A DNA stretch of 63,687 bases, counting the filler, from Octopus bimaculoides (taxonomy: Eukaryota): the NCBI RefSeq assembly GCF_001194135.2. It is 5 parts of 4 records of this genome, joined end to end, with 100 filler letters (N's around TTAATTAATTAA, not from the genome) between each part and the next. Parts side by side here need not be neighbours in the genome. Positions count along the whole stretch, not along the records: positions 15,360 to 45,110 come from NC_068992.1; 4 more parts are not named here. One strand, 5' to 3'. A model generated the notes under the pieces. It was not told the DNA's origin. It saw only the letters and a list, made by a program, of their open reading frames with translations, and ran no database searches. The position numbers were made by a program, and so were the translations under genes. Shown here one piece after another: positions 22,796 through 37,245 of this stretch (position 1 is its first letter; each line of letters begins with the position of its first letter).

Positions 22796-23049
22796 AATCA
22801 ATATTCAAAGATATATGAGGAAGTGAGCTTGAAGAGCATGCCAGCCAAAGTGATAGCGGCATTTCGTTTGTCTTCACGTTATGAGTTCAGATTCCGCCTC
22901 GGTCGACATTACCCTTCATCTTTTCGAGGTGGATAAATCAATGGCCATTTGGATAATGGGGTCGTTGTAATAGAATTACCCCGAAAGTACTGGATCTGTG
23001 CCGAAATTTTGTATCCAATATTTAATAATATCACTGGAAATAACTATAA

Positions 23050-23570
23050 GTTCCTTTATTTGCCTTCCGTTGTTACTGAAGAAGAGTCATTTGGATTCAA
23101 TGTCCACTAATACACAATTTTCTGCTTCCTACATCTATAAACCAATTTTTGATTACAACAGCCAAACAAAGACCCATATAATCTGTTATATCAACACAAT
23201 GCCCTGCATCAATTGAGGCGTCGAAAGATTTGAGTGTCACATCCGTATATTTGGTGAGTTTTCGTGGACGGTAATGTTCTTCCATGCTTGTAAAATGGTA
23301 TTTAATATCAGTATATGAGTAAGTGAAATTTATTGCTAGCGCTAACAGATATAAAGGAAGAGAAGCGTAAAAATTATTAATATCAAACATTGAAAACCAG
23401 TTGATTTGATAAGTTTTTATAACACCCGATAACAGAGATGAATTATCCCTAAGGGGCAATATCCCTAATTTTATCTATAATGCTATCCAATGCAAATTCG
23501 CTAATTATACGCATTGCTGGAAATGTCGGGTTAACGAATCAGATAAATGGATTACGGTACAAATATAATT
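23050..23570 (-). mobile_element. Penelope-like element RT fragment (decayed)
   Basis: VNPTFPAMRIISEFALDSIIDKIR, FSMFDINNFYASL..LLALAINF and DVTLKSFDA resemble the recalled PLE RT motifs LINP..I.IISK.ILD.IN..IR, F..FDI..FYPSI...LL..A..F and FDVTMGSFDG. Confidence 0.55.
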
Positions 23571-23800
23571 TATTAACGTTCGTAGTGTAACTAGGAAGAT
23601 TCGCTACGATCAATATTTGGCAGCTTCCTTGTAATTTTGTTACTCCAATTTCGTTCAAGACGTGTGAGTTCACTTTACTATAAACTTCGCTCAATGTAGT
23701 TTGCAGGTACCGTCACACACACACACAAACACGGGCACACGCACAAAAATACGCCCACGATCGGATGCGCATATATGCATGTTTATAAGTATATATGCAC

Positions 23801-23849
<49 letters not shown>

Positions 23850-23871
23850 CATTTGTGCTAGTGTATATGCA

Positions 23872-23909
<38 letters not shown>

Positions 23910-23999
23910 NNNNNNNNNNNNNNNNNNNNNNNNNNNNNNNNNNNNNNNNNNNNNNNNNNNNNNNNNNNNNNNNNNNNNNNNNNNNNNNNNNNNNNNNNN

Positions 24000-24063
<64 letters not shown>

Positions 24064-24652
24064 TGTGTGTGTATGTGTGTATGCATTTATGAACTCGTGC
24101 CTTTTTAAACGGAATGTTCTTGTTCTATTCTCAAGCATCGCTATGATCGAATTATTCGTTTCTCTTTTGAAATCCTGAAACTCACCGTAGGTCAAAGGCA
24201 ACTAAAATAATGTTTGAAAAGATTACTTTCCATATCTTGTTAATGTCTCGTTTGGTGGTATCTCTTTTATGATTTCAGTACAAAAGGATCTGCTAAAGGC
24301 CAGATTTCATTATGATTTGCACATTCTTATTGTGTTGGATGAGATCTACTTCAAGATATTCGGGGCGCAAACCGTGCGATCATTTTACTGATCATTCAAC
24401 ACCTTGGAGCTTACTTCATAGGGTTAAGTATTATGTTTATCTGTATCGTATACCATAATTTAATTGTTAATAAATTATTGTTAAGTGATATAATTGAAAC
24501 AAACTATGACAACCAAACCTTAAAGTCAAAGAGAATATGAAGCGCTTTTGTTAGCCTCGAATATTAAGGGAATCGTTGCGGCTAAATTGATCTGGCTAAA
24601 GCACAGTGCATTTCTTGTTCCACATTGCCGTGTTTACTATAGCATATCTTTG

Positions 24653-24727
<75 letters not shown>

Positions 24728-24734
<7 letters not shown>

Positions 24735-24930
24735 AGGGGTGCTAAAGAGTTCCAGGCTTTAGTTAAAAGAGCATTCAGGAGGATCAATTAATTATGATTT
24801 TATTCAAAATATTCTCAAATTCACGTGGTCCTTCCGCTTTCCTGAGCCCTGTAAAAACTCAGAAGGCTGAACCTCCAACCAAGCCTTTCACGATGCCCTT
24901 ACAGGCAGGAACAGCTCAGCACCGCTCGTA
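24728..24930 (+). mobile_element. ~205-bp Tc1/mariner-type MITE, diverged full copy
   Basis: tacagaaaggggtgctaaagagttccaggcttt ... aggcaggaacagctcagcaccgctcgta; same internal motifs as the copy at 41278. Confidence 0.75.
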
Positions 24931-25118
24931 TATTTTGGGTCATCTCATAGATAATGTGATTCTTTCAATTGCATGAACTAAAAATCAGAGGGGGACAAGA
25001 TAAACTACCTGCATCAACTTACTTTAAAAGCAGGTAGTAATTTTATCTTTGATTTATTCTTAGTGCAAATTTTGAAGAGCGCAGTTCGATTTTAACAGTT
25101 ATTTTTTGCAAAGCTATA

Positions 25119-25432
25119 ATGGAAGTGTCAAAGGAGCATATTCGGCATATTATGCTTTATGAGTTCAATAAAGGCAACACCGCAATGGAAAGTGTGAGGA
25201 ATATTAAAGTAGCATATGGGGATCGGACAATAAGCGTAAGCCAACGTCAACGGTAGCTACATAAATTCCGATTAGCAAAATACATCCTACAAGATGAGCC
25301 TCGTCTTGGAATATACGCAGAGCGTAACGAGGACGTCCTGAAAACCATGGTGGAACAACATCCCATCGTAATTGAACTGTTGGGAAATTAGCAGGAAAGC
25401 TTGGATTTGGTCATTCAACCATTCATCGACAT
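25119..25432 (+). mobile_element. Mariner transposase N-terminal (HTH) pseudogene fragment
   Basis: MEVSKEHIRHIMLYEFNKGNTAMESVRNIKVAYGDRTISVSQRQR*LHKFRLAKYILQDEPRLG..DVLKTMVEQHP..ELAGKLGFGHSTIHRH follows the Mos1/Hsmar-type pattern R..ML.EF..G..A....R.I...YG......C.RWF.KF..G...L.D.PR.GR. Confidence 0.88.
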
Positions 25433-27314
25433 TTTACTATATCTCATTTTCTAATAATGGCTTCCAAATCAACCACATTATAAAAAGATCTCTAGCATCT
25501 TATTAATTACGGAGTGGGAGCGTTAAGCAGTGATAAATAGAATTGTAATGTCTTTATCAGTCCAAATATGCTTGGTGCACATTCAAACTGGTGAAAAGCT
25601 ACTCGCTGCGTCTTGTCAAGGAGAATATATCTTGCCTGTTCACAGATGGTGAGGATACACCTAGATTAGCTCGCAGCACTACCTACCTAGACTGTGAGAT
25701 GCTAGTATGTCGGTGTACTTATCTCTTCTTCGGTCACAGACGCTAGGCAGACTCAATAATAACTTATTAACTACATCTTGGATAGGGTACCTCCATATTA
25801 CAATGGCTCATTCGTAAATAGGTCCTCGAAGATGGAATTTAATGGATCCTTATCTCTCATCGGATAAATCTAAATTCAAGGCCTACAGTCTTATCTGGAT
25901 CACAACTCTAAATGTATAAAACGTTAAAACTAAGATAGAAACCTATCACTGCTAGGAGAATATATTCCACATAATCATTTGAAAAAGGAAATAATCTAAA
26001 GAAAACGCATCACGAATGTTTAGTATCAAGAGATATGAGGTGTGCATAGAGAAACATTAATGCAACTGAACTATATGTATACTACAACACCTAGATGATC
26101 ATGTACATTATCAGACACACAGAATAACAGTGTTTGATAAAAATGCATAAAATGCAATCACGTTCAAGCAAAGATGCTGTAATATAGATGTACATTGACT
26201 AAATCAAAAACAAAACCACGTTTAGATATATATATAGTGGTTGAAAAAGAATAACGTCGATTAAATGGAAATCACTCGAAAAAGCTGTACATATATACAT
26301 GACTAAAGGCGAACTTTTTATGCCCTGCGAAGGGACACCAAATGGCGCACGAAATGGCACACCAAATTCATGATCAAAGTTTACTTCAAGTGTGGCAACT
26401 TCAAGAGGTTTCTTTTAAATTTATGGAAATCCCTTTCACCATTTAATAAAATAAGTGGACGTAGAAAGAAGAAGCATGCTCTGCATCATATAACCCTGAT
26501 TCGATTCGTTTTCATCACACTTTTCATCAAGTAAGTCATATAGTATTGCGACGATACCATATTGCGCACTAGAATAGGCGCAGTGTACATATATGTACCA
26601 TGGTTGTGATAATCCTGTAGTTATGTCACGAGAGAAATGTAACAATTTTGTGAAACTGAGGAACAACATCACAAATCTTCGAAATTCTATAAATTTTATA
26701 ATTCATTCTAAATTATATGAAAAGGTTTCTTCTTTTCCACATGTTGCACACATTTCATATCATATGCGTTTCTCTTTTTAACTCATCTCTCTCCCTCAGT
26801 CTCCCTTCCTCCCTCTCCCGCTCTCTTACTCTCACTCTCTCTCTCTCTGTTTATGTATGCGTGCTAATAATCGACGTGAAATCAATATCTTTGATAGACG
26901 TTCGCAGCTTTAATGTTTGTGTAACCCCCCCCCCTAATATTTGTTAGGTGTGCAGTGAGATGAACAGAAAACGCACGCATGTAGAAATAATAACATATTT
27001 TAAAGGATTGTTACATTTTGATATTATGTCTGCGTAAAATAATAAGCGTTCTTACTGACAGCAACTGGCATCGTTTTGAAACAGTGCTACTATGTAATCA
27101 AGGACATCATAAAAATACGGGGCAGATGCCAAATAAATGGAAAGAGAGTGAAACTGAATTCATTGGAATGTAAGCTTAAATATATCTTATTTTCAGTGAA
27201 CAGTAAGGTGGATTAGATTAAAGAGGCTCTAATTAATGATTATAAATTAAAAGAGTACGTAAAATATAATGAAACTGGTTTTGTAATTTTACATTATGTT
27301 GGTTATAAAGAATG

Positions 27315-27378
<64 letters not shown>

Positions 27379-28771
27379 GCTTAAAAGAGTTCCAACACTG
27401 TCTGTTTTTTTATGTTTTATTTATATTCCTGCAGAACTAATGTGGGGTATAGAATATGGAATATACAATATATAATATGATATACAATATACAATATAAA
27501 ATAAAATAAAATAAAAATGGATGGCACCATGAAAGAAAGTATTGAATGTAGATGAAATATTGAGTGTTCAATATAAAGGATCAAATATATAAATATATAA
27601 ATATAAATATATATATATAAAGGCGACTCGAATTTCAGGGCTATTTCCCTTCGTCATGGCCGGTATGACAGACTTTACATCAGTCTTCGTGAGTGATGTA
27701 ATATATTATGTAATATTTAATGTGTGAATACTCAATGTAAGAAAGGTAAATAGTTATATTTAAAAACAATTGTATTATCCATTAATGTGACATGGAAAAA
27801 CAGTAGGAATCCAAATGAATGTTTTTTCAAGTGTGAATACATTCGAATATAAATTACACTATAAAATATTTTAAGCTGGCACTAAAGTAGTGTAAAATAT
27901 TGTATGTAGTGTAAAATACAAACAAATTATGGGTAACAAATTTGACGGATTTGTTTTTACACGAAATCATTATTGGTAGGAAAACATGTAATCAGTTCAC
28001 TTGAAAGTAGCTAATAAGCAAATGTATTTCGATAGTACACCCACTTACGATTTCTCAAATCAGAAGTGTCTACTTCATTTGCTAAACATTTCAATATATA
28101 CCTACAATAAACCTAAAACTGACAATTCCTTAAATTGCCAAATATCGAACATATAGACATCAGATATCACTGACATTGTGGTACCTCAGTGTTTGACAAC
28201 CTCTGCCGTTCTTCACAAGTGCCTGTGACAAAGAGTTTAATGAAATGTCGAATTTATGACGTTAAAGATCTTCATTTAATGTTTTTTTTTTATGGGATAG
28301 CGAATACGGAAGACATCCTGCGATAAAGAGAATGGAATATAGTAATCGTAACACGTGTATATTTTCCGAATATTCAATACAATACTTACGGGTATTCAAA
28401 CATATTTATATCATCTTATGAAATATTTTGGGTGGTAAAAAAGAATAAGGTATTTAGCGAGCTCGTTGTATCTTACATTATTGTCCTCAGATACAATCGC
28501 CATTAACATGACCGAAAGCTGTTCCAAACCATTTGCAAGGAAAAGCTTTTTGGAGAGCACTATCTCTTAAATGAGTATTGGAGACAAGAGTGTTAGTTGA
28601 AAGAAATATTTCGTTATAGGTATATCATCATGGTTGTCATAGACATGATAGATATACATAGGAACATCCTCGAGAACACACGGGCACATACAAGCGTATA
28701 CAGACATATTTATAACACTCTCTATCTCTTTTACCGTTCGTTTCACTCTCTTTCACTCACTCACTCTCTCT

Positions 28772-28817
<46 letters not shown>

Positions 28818-30284
28818 ATATAAGCGTATATTTGCGAAGTTGCATGTACGTGTATATGTAAGTATATATGCTTCTACATACGTATAAATGTATGTGTGTG
28901 CTGTCCCCTATATTTAATATCCATACTTATGTGTAATTTCGCGAAACTTTACTGTGAAAATATGTTATTCTTCCTGAATATATGAATACAAATACGAAGA
29001 TGAGTACAACGAAAATTAAAAAACATAAAAAGAAATATTTTAGAAAAAAAATAACAAGAATAATAAGAATCGATTATCGATCATCTATAATCTGTCATTC
29101 TCGTAAATCCTTTCTGAGTATTTGAAAAGAATTTAAATAAAAAGACATCACCAGATTTAATAAAACATTCGTGTCACTGAATTTGCTTGAAGTATAATTC
29201 TAGTCGTCAGGGTGGTCGGGGTAGGATGGAGCCAAGATTTGGTAGCGTTTTATATCCAAAAGATTTCAGCTTAGTCAGTCAATCAAGAGATATAATGGGG
29301 AGGTTTGGAGATCGATTGAATCTTCGTTATTCAATGACAGATTTCAAGACGTTTAAATATGCCAAATTATTTCCTACTCATACACGTCGATGTTTTTATC
29401 ACTCTTCGCGTGTGTCCATTTATGTTTGTTTGCCATTCTGCCTATTTCCCTTCACGTGTACAGATGAATGTGTAAAAGGGGGAAAAGGAGGGAAAGGAAG
29501 ATATTAAATAAGGAATTATGTATTTGATTTAACAGAATGTGGTTTATTCATCTCAGCTGATATATCTGGAGAGCCTGAGTGAATTATGTGCACACACACT
29601 AACACGCCCACGCATCGTGTATGCGTGTGTGTGTATATATATACATATATATATATATATNNNNNNNNNNNNNNNNNNNNNNNNNNNNNNNNNNNNNNNN
29701 NNNNNNNNNNNNNNNNNNNNNNNNNNNNNNNNNNNNNNNNNNNNNNNNNNNNNNNNNNNNATGTTCTTATGTATATATGTATGTATATTCACGTGTCTAG
29801 AGAACACGAGGTTTTTTAGTGCAATGATATATTATTAGATCTATATTTCAATTTTGATAGGCATCTTACAACGTCTTTTAATTATTTCTTGCTAAGGAAA
29901 ATGTCATCAGATATTATCTGAGTCTGTGCAATTATTTTTTCATCACAACAGCTCATTATATTTATTTGAATTCTAATATTCTAACTATGCAATAACCACC
30001 TGCACAGCTCTATATCATTCATAGACATGTAATTTATAGGAATACGTGAATGAAGAGATAAATCAATCTGACAGAAAATTTGTACCCCAGAATTTATTCT
30101 ACTCGTGCTAGTTTTGATAAGTCGCATCATTCAAACGTTACTTACTTGTCCCAGATATCTTGAGAATTATTTTAACATTCCTTTTAAAAGACATTACTGA
30201 AGATAAGAAATTAGAATCTGAATTGGACAAATTATCTACCTAATTTTTTTAATAAAAATATATACATACACACGCACATACATA

Positions 30285-30338
<54 letters not shown>

Positions 30339-31575
30339 CACACACATATGTACGTATGTACGTGCGTAGGTACATACATACATACATACACACATACATA
30401 CATATGTAGGTACATAGGTTCATACGTATGCTTGTCTTTGGCTGTATTCTCTGTATGTGCAATTAAAACTTCTCTATCACTGTTTGTACGTGTGTGCTTG
30501 CATGTATGTGTGTGTGTGTGTGAGTGTGTGTGTAGTTCAAATTTGTAGGAAAACAGAAGGCGAAGACATGTGTAAGAACAACAAGCACGTGTATTATTTT
30601 GACGCTCTGGAAAATGGAAAAGTCTTTTATGTTTCGAGCCTACGTTAGTCTTTTAATCTTACAACTTATTTTTGTTTTGATTTCATTGCATCATTGTTCA
30701 TTCTTTATACTTTCCAATATCAGTACAGGATTATCGAATACGAATGATGTAGCTGTGTAGATTGGTTTTAGAACCTTCAGAATAATCCTCATTAAATATC
30801 ACGTTGGGCAGAAAGTAATCGCATGGGAGTTGACCTTCCTTTAATTATTAAACTTTGTGTAATAATTAATTAGTCAGTTCTCTCCTTCTAGCTCCATCAA
30901 ATGTACTTTGGATCTGTGTCATATCGCTGTCGTCGTAGGGGCTCTATTGTTGCGAAGATGCAACAGCATGTCTTATTTGACACCAGCAGTGACAGTTTTC
31001 ATGAAAGTCAAAGCAATGTAATCTGCAGTGAAGAGGAATTTTTTGAATTCTACCAAACATTACACAAAAGTTTTCATCACGTTTATATATTTATTATGTT
31101 TTCCTTTAAAATAACTAAGATAGAGTTGACAATCACATATACAAGTATATATTTTTGCTTACATTAAAAAAAGGCAGCACAAAGGCCCATATATATATTT
31201 AAATGCAATATATATTTTCAGTATATAGTTTTGTTACTCAATGTTTTCAGTTCAAATATTGCTAGTAATGAAAATATTGAGGGCAGATAGATTAATCTGT
31301 CAATGGAGTAAGTCAAACCACTGAGAATATCATCCCCGAAGGCCTACACTTACTATCTACACTAACTATCCCCTACTTCACAAAGTAAAATCGGTGTCGT
31401 TTTTCAGCAAATGGTCAAAAAATATTCAGCGAATAATAGACTTGCAAGCAAAAACAAATAACCTTATACGAGCAGTAACAGAGGACATCCGACGCCGAGC
31501 AACAACAATACACAACATTATTATCATTATCATCATTATTATTATTAGTATTATTATTATTGTTATTATTATTTC

Positions 31576-31770
31576 GGCCAGCTGGTAGAATCGTTACAGT
31601 GCCGAGCAAAGTGCTTAGCAGTTTTTTGTCGATCTTTACCATCTGAGTTCAAATTCCAAGGTTGACTTTGCCTTTCAGCCTTCGAGATCGATAAATTAAG
31701 TACCAGTTGTGTACTGGCGTCGCAGTTATCGACTCAACCCCTCCCTCATATTTTCAGGCCTAGCGCATAT
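31576..31770 (+). mobile_element. tRNA-derived SINE family B
   Basis: gagttcaaattcc..gttgactttgcctttca..gatcgataaattaagtaccagttg; runs into the (ATT)n tract. Confidence 0.75.
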
Positions 31771-31779
31771 AATAGAAAT

Positions 31780-31856
31780 GATTATTATTATTATTATTAT
31801 TATTGTTATTATTATTATTATCATCATTATTATTGTTGTTGTTGTTGTTGTTGTTG

Positions 31857-31921
<65 letters not shown>

Positions 31922-31925
31922 TACT
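31780..31925. repeat. (ATT)n/(GTT)n trinucleotide microsatellite
   Basis: Direct reading. Confidence 0.95.
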
Positions 31926-31929
31926 ACTA

Positions 31930-32666
31930 TTCTTCTAACGCTGGAGATGTACAACGGTGTCAGCTGTTCACTACCAGTGAATTAAGATAACACCCCTTAT
32001 TCTTCGAGCACTATCCGGAGTATTCAGGCGGTCCCAAGCAGTGTTGTTTTCTACAAGTGCTCCACTCTTATTGTAGATCTTATTTGTTCCATGTAATTCT
32101 CAAGATTTTTACTCACTGTTCAAAGGGCTTTCTACCTTTTCGCATACCTTGTTGTCAGCTGAGCAAGCTATATCAATGATCCAGCATCGTTCGATTTCGT
32201 TCTCAAGTAACACTATGTCTGGTTTCCTATTCTCTATCTCCTGGTCGCACTGAATCTTAGAATCCCATATGATCTTTGTATTATCATGTTCGGTGATGCC
32301 GTCGGATTTATGTTCATACCACATTTTGGCTCTCTCAAGTCCGTACTTGTTGGAAGTTGTCCAATGGGCAATCTTTGCTAGGTTGTGATGGCATCTCATA
32401 TTATTTCTGGGCTAGTGGCGTACATTGACTTCCATCCTACACAAGCCTGATCTTATTACTTCCAATAATAGCGCTTCTGTGGCATTTTTGACATACCGTG
32501 CAATATTGTTTTCTCCTGCTCTAATGCTGAGTTCGCATCCAATCAGTCCTCTTCCCCCTCTTTTTCTTGGTACCTACAGTCCCTCTGTGTAACATTTCGG
32601 GTGGAGTATCCCATATCAAGTCAGCAACTTCCTCCTTGTGTTTCTGTCAAGGCTGGTTAGTTTGTC
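31930..32666 (-). mobile_element. R4/Dong-like non-LTR retrotransposon, 5'-truncated and internally deleted, with restriction-like endonuclease domain
   Basis: DKLTSLDRNTRRKLLT, RGGRGLIGCELSIRAGENNIA, ..PLAQK.., KYGLERAKMWYEHK..IIWDSKIQCDQEIENRKPDIVLLE..CWIIDIAC and TTLLGTA*ILRIVLEE* at the C-terminus. Confidence 0.85.
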
Positions 32667-32702
<36 letters not shown>

Positions 32703-32703
<1 letters not shown>

Positions 32704-32870
32704 GAGTGAGAGATCAGTGCATGCCATCAAAGTGACACTGGGGTAAAATATACGAAGCCCAGTATACCCATCATGGCTACCCGTCTGATAAGGATACACC
32801 AGGCACATGCATCACAACGATATGGGCACGACATGGTGATCTCATAGCAAGATAAACAGTAATTTTGAAT
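32703..32870. mobile_element. Unclassified interspersed repeat fragment
   Basis: catcaaagtgacactggggtaaaatatacgaagcccagtatacccatcatggctacccgtctgataagg looks like a common octopus repeat. This is recollection only; there is no second copy in the window. Confidence 0.35.
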
Positions 32871-32949
32871 CACCATAATCTGAAATTTCTTCTTTACTTT
32901 CTGTTTTGCAACTGTTGTGTCGGGGAGAATTTCAACGACTTTTGTGAAG

Positions 32950-34010
32950 CACTCTAGTGTAACATGATGATATTTGTTTTGCGGTGTTTAAATCTTCTCT
33001 CTTCCTGGTCTTCGAAATCTTATAATATTCTTGGATTAGAGACTTCATCTCAACCCTTTCCTCGTACTAAGATTGAATGGCTTCTTTGAAGTATGATTAC
33101 TCCCGCCTTTGAACCTTTCTGGGTTTAAAACTGAAGCAGGCTGCAACAATAAGCTTAACACTTTTCCACGTGCTGATTAATGAGGCTTTATTTGGTTATT
33201 GATGCCGTTGAATGAATAGTCTCGCTAAGTAAAGCTTTATTGTTACTGGCAACCAATTAACTTAATGTGTCTCTCTTGAAATCTGTACACTGCATCCACT
33301 CACATGATGAATCATTATTTCTCACGTTTTTGACAATTTTCTGAACCGCTCCATGTAATTGTATTTCCCCTAGTGCTTCATGTTTTCACAAGTTATCCTA
33401 CTTGTGACTGTCTTCTATTGAAGTTGCGTATATGGAAGCCCTAGATTTATTGCAGCATCTTTAAGTAATTCTTCTTCGCTCATTGCAAAGTAATAGCTTC
33501 CTAACATTCATTGTTCGTTCGCACAGTGAGAAATGCGAATTATCCTCCTCTCTCTTCATCCATTTTTTGTTTTTATAAATAAACGACTGACATTTATTCT
33601 TTAATGAAGTGTTCCTTGTATTCTTAGCGATTTTTCTCGTTTTCTGCTTGATGCCTCTTGTTTCCTATTTCTATCATTTCCCTATTCCAGCAATATATCG
33701 CTTAGCAGCGATCGTCCATGCGTTGATCACATTTATCAGAGTCATTGAATTGATTTCAGACTTCGATACAATCTTTAATCTCTTCATATATGTTGTTTTC
33801 AAATTTACATCATTTATAAGTAATGCGATCGATCTCCAATTTGCCCAGATATCTGTGTCCATTATCATCAGAATTCGATGAGGATTTTTTTTTTTCAAAT
33901 AAGCGCGCACTTCTCTCGTTTCCCTCGGCGTCATTCGCATATTTTAATATCCCAAAGATATATCAACCCAACGTAAACATTTGTATTATTATCTTTTCAC
34001 ACATGTGGTT
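32950..34010 (-). mobile_element. Older, heavily decayed R4/Dong-like element
   Basis: GHRYLGKLE, RLKIVSKSEINSMTLINVINAWTIAAKRYIAGI, QKTRKI, SEEELLK and LHG..CEWMQCTDFKRDTLS*LVAS occur in the order expected for the R4 RT thumb and post-RT region. Confidence 0.7.
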
Positions 34011-34454
34011 ATCTCTGATGGTAATTCTTGCTTAAAAAATATTTTTCGATCATTGTAATTGCTAGATATCGAACGTGAGGTGTGTGCTTAAATCTTCGAA
34101 TTTTATGCACTCAAAACTATGATTTTGGCATCAAACACATACCTAAATATAAATGTACAGTGGTACGTACATGCAGACTTAAACGGGACACATACCAATA
34201 TACATAATGAAATATAAAAACATAACCATATATGCACATGAATACACAAACATTCAGTTATATATGTGTATATATATATGTATGTATGTATGCATATATG
34301 TGTCTGCATTAATACACATATATACTGAGAGCAATAAACAGATGAATAATTACAAAATGAGTAGAAATTTTAACGGAAAGTGCGTAAAAATGTGGTACTC
34401 AGTGCTTGTGGGTTTGTATGAGAATGTTGGTGTATCTGTGTGTTTGAAAGAGAG

Positions 34455-34529
<75 letters not shown>

Positions 34530-35349
34530 ATGGAAGGATAAAGGAAAAGATATTCCTGTAATTAATTAAATTCGGTCGTTTGAAGTTGAACACTTTTCTC
34601 ACATAGGAAAACAAATATTTGTTTGAGTCATTTTCTCTCTTTTTCTTCATTTTCAATCACGTAGCTGGCAATAGTATTATTTTTTTTTTTAATTCCCCGC
34701 CTTTCTCCCAATTTTAATAATTATAACTCTTTGAATACACTCCTATCTCACTGAATTTGTTAAGAAGCAGCATGCATGAATGGAAATGCTTCCAAGCAAA
34801 ACATGACTACATTTTATTATGATAGATAATATTGAAGGGGCATTGGAGGATCGGCTATCGGAGTATTTTAGGACGAAAAAGAGATAGAGAGGGAGACGAA
34901 AAAGAGAAAGTTTGGGAGGGAGGCTGGTGAGGGAATATGTATGGAGGAGGTGGAGTCCAAAGAATTGCGTGGTTGTGAAAAGAGAAAGATGGATGCGATA
35001 TAGTCGGCTCTATCTGTGTGATGATAATAAAAATGGTGTTAATGATGATGAGTGTGAAAGGACTAGGCAAGGAAGCAGTGATGGTGACATAGACGATAAT
35101 GATGATGGATGTAAGGTTTTGGTCGAAATCCACCTATAATCCCAATTGTACCATCACAATCACTACTAAAATAACAAATAACAACACAAATGTCCACAGA
35201 AATAACGACAGCAACAACAACCGCAAACACCATAACACATTAGTGGCAACAACAGCAATGACAGCTACAACAAAACCACTAACAGAAACGAAATCAACAA
35301 TAATAATAATCTTTTCCACTATAGCCACAAAGCCTCAACAATAATTATA

Positions 35350-35512
35350 ATAAGGACCCCAACACTTTTATTTAAATGAGTTTTCCCATGGACCCCTCGT
35401 GATATGATTATCCTTATGTCTATATATATGAAATTTTGAATTTAGTTCACGGAACCCAGTATTATCTTTGCGGAACACTAGGGTTCCGCGGACCCCAGGT
35501 TGGAAACCACTG
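35350..35512. mobile_element. hAT-type element right end
   Basis: gcggaacactagggttccgcggaccccaggttggaaaccactg; a CAGTGGTTTCCAA-type terminus. No left TIR found. Confidence 0.5.
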
Positions 35513-37133
35513 GTCTAAAGTGACAATTATTTCTATGGTAATTGGCGTACTCAGTCGAACATCGAAACAGCTACCTAAGAGCTGATGGATTTCGTAATTA
35601 AGAGTCGCTTGCTTGTAAGACAGAAAAGAGAAATCCTGCATCTTACATGAATCCCAATGAAGATTCTTGAGACTTAAGAAATGCCAGAAATGAAATGATC
35701 CCCAACCCTACTAGTGACGATACAAAATCAACATCAGCACCAATAGCAGCAACTATGATACGAAAAGAACAGATTCAGGAACAAGTTTCTAAAATCTAAA
35801 AGCGAGTGTGCTGAGAAAATGGAGGCAGTCCCTCGGACCGCAACGCAGCAACAGTACACGATGCTGCTGCTTCAGTGATATGGATTAAATTTTGATCCCA
35901 TCTTACTGAATACAACGTGCTTTGTATACTTTTATTAGCTCATCTCCTACATTTCCCTCATCATTTTATGTTAAGCTCCATTCAGATTGTAAGCTGCTCT
36001 CTTCGATCGATGCCCCTCTAGTATCAAAGTAATCAACATAATTATTATTAGAAGCAGAAACACTAGTAGTGATATTAATTCTAGCAGCAGCACTACTACT
36101 TCTAGTAGTAGTAGTATTTCATAGTTGTCAGCATGAAACACGCATGCACACATATCCACGCAGACACACACATTAACACACACGAACTCCCACCCATGTT
36201 TCTCCTTCTAATCTGTATTATAAACATGCTTCCTTGCAAATCGACGTCGGCAACACCGTATCGCCAACAGCAAATCCACCGTCTCTGTTTCAGGCGTCGT
36301 TATTGTCTCTATAATCTCCTTTAATATCAGCATCCTCAGCATCGCCACGATCATCATCGTATCAATATATTCATTATCTTGATCCCTTCTTTCTTAATCA
36401 GCAGAAACTGCCATCGTTGTCGTCGTCATCCTCAGCGTGATTATCATCATCATCAGATTCTGGCTTCTTAATTTTGCAGGAGAATATAAAACCTTTATCA
36501 GTGAAGATGCTGATAAATGCTATACAATCGATCGTTTACCTCGTCTGTTCGACCTAAGTGTGCATCTTCTATATCTTTTAAATCAAAATCAAAAAGAAAA
36601 CAGGAAGACATATGTGAATAAACAAATAGACAAAACTAGCAGAAACGCTAATTAAAATTCGATTTTGTTTATTTTCATAATCATTTCTGTATTGTTGTTG
36701 TTGTTGTTCATTGGCTTTCATCAAAGCCTTTATCCATTTAATTTCATTTACAGAATCGCATAACAAACACAAATACCCAAATACCACTACTGAACGTAGA
36801 ATTCTACGTTAACCTTAGTCATAGCAACCGTTAGTGATTTAAGTATGATAATAACGCCATCTTATCCATTAACGGAACTTGTCAGCTACATTTGGTGATG
36901 AGAGCGCAATGAATTAGAAAACACCAAGTAATTAATATACCGGAAATTTCTTAATAAATTTCTACGCAATTATTTTATCCTCCGTTGTTCAAAGACCTAT
37001 AAAAACATATATACTTCACAAGACATCTCTATGTCACAGAAAGATATCCGACCATACGCAATTTTTTATATCTTTCTTCTTCTCCCTCTTCTAGTCTCTC
37101 TCCTTACACCAGTTTACTCATAATGTGTGTGGG

Positions 37134-37134
<1 letters not shown>

Positions 37135-37211
<77 letters not shown>

Positions 37212-37245
37212 GCTAGCTAGCTATTATCTATCTATCTATCTATCG
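37135..37245. repeat. (ATCT)n tetranucleotide microsatellite (also (AGAT)n at ~34458 and 55118-55252)
   Basis: Direct reading. Confidence 0.95.
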
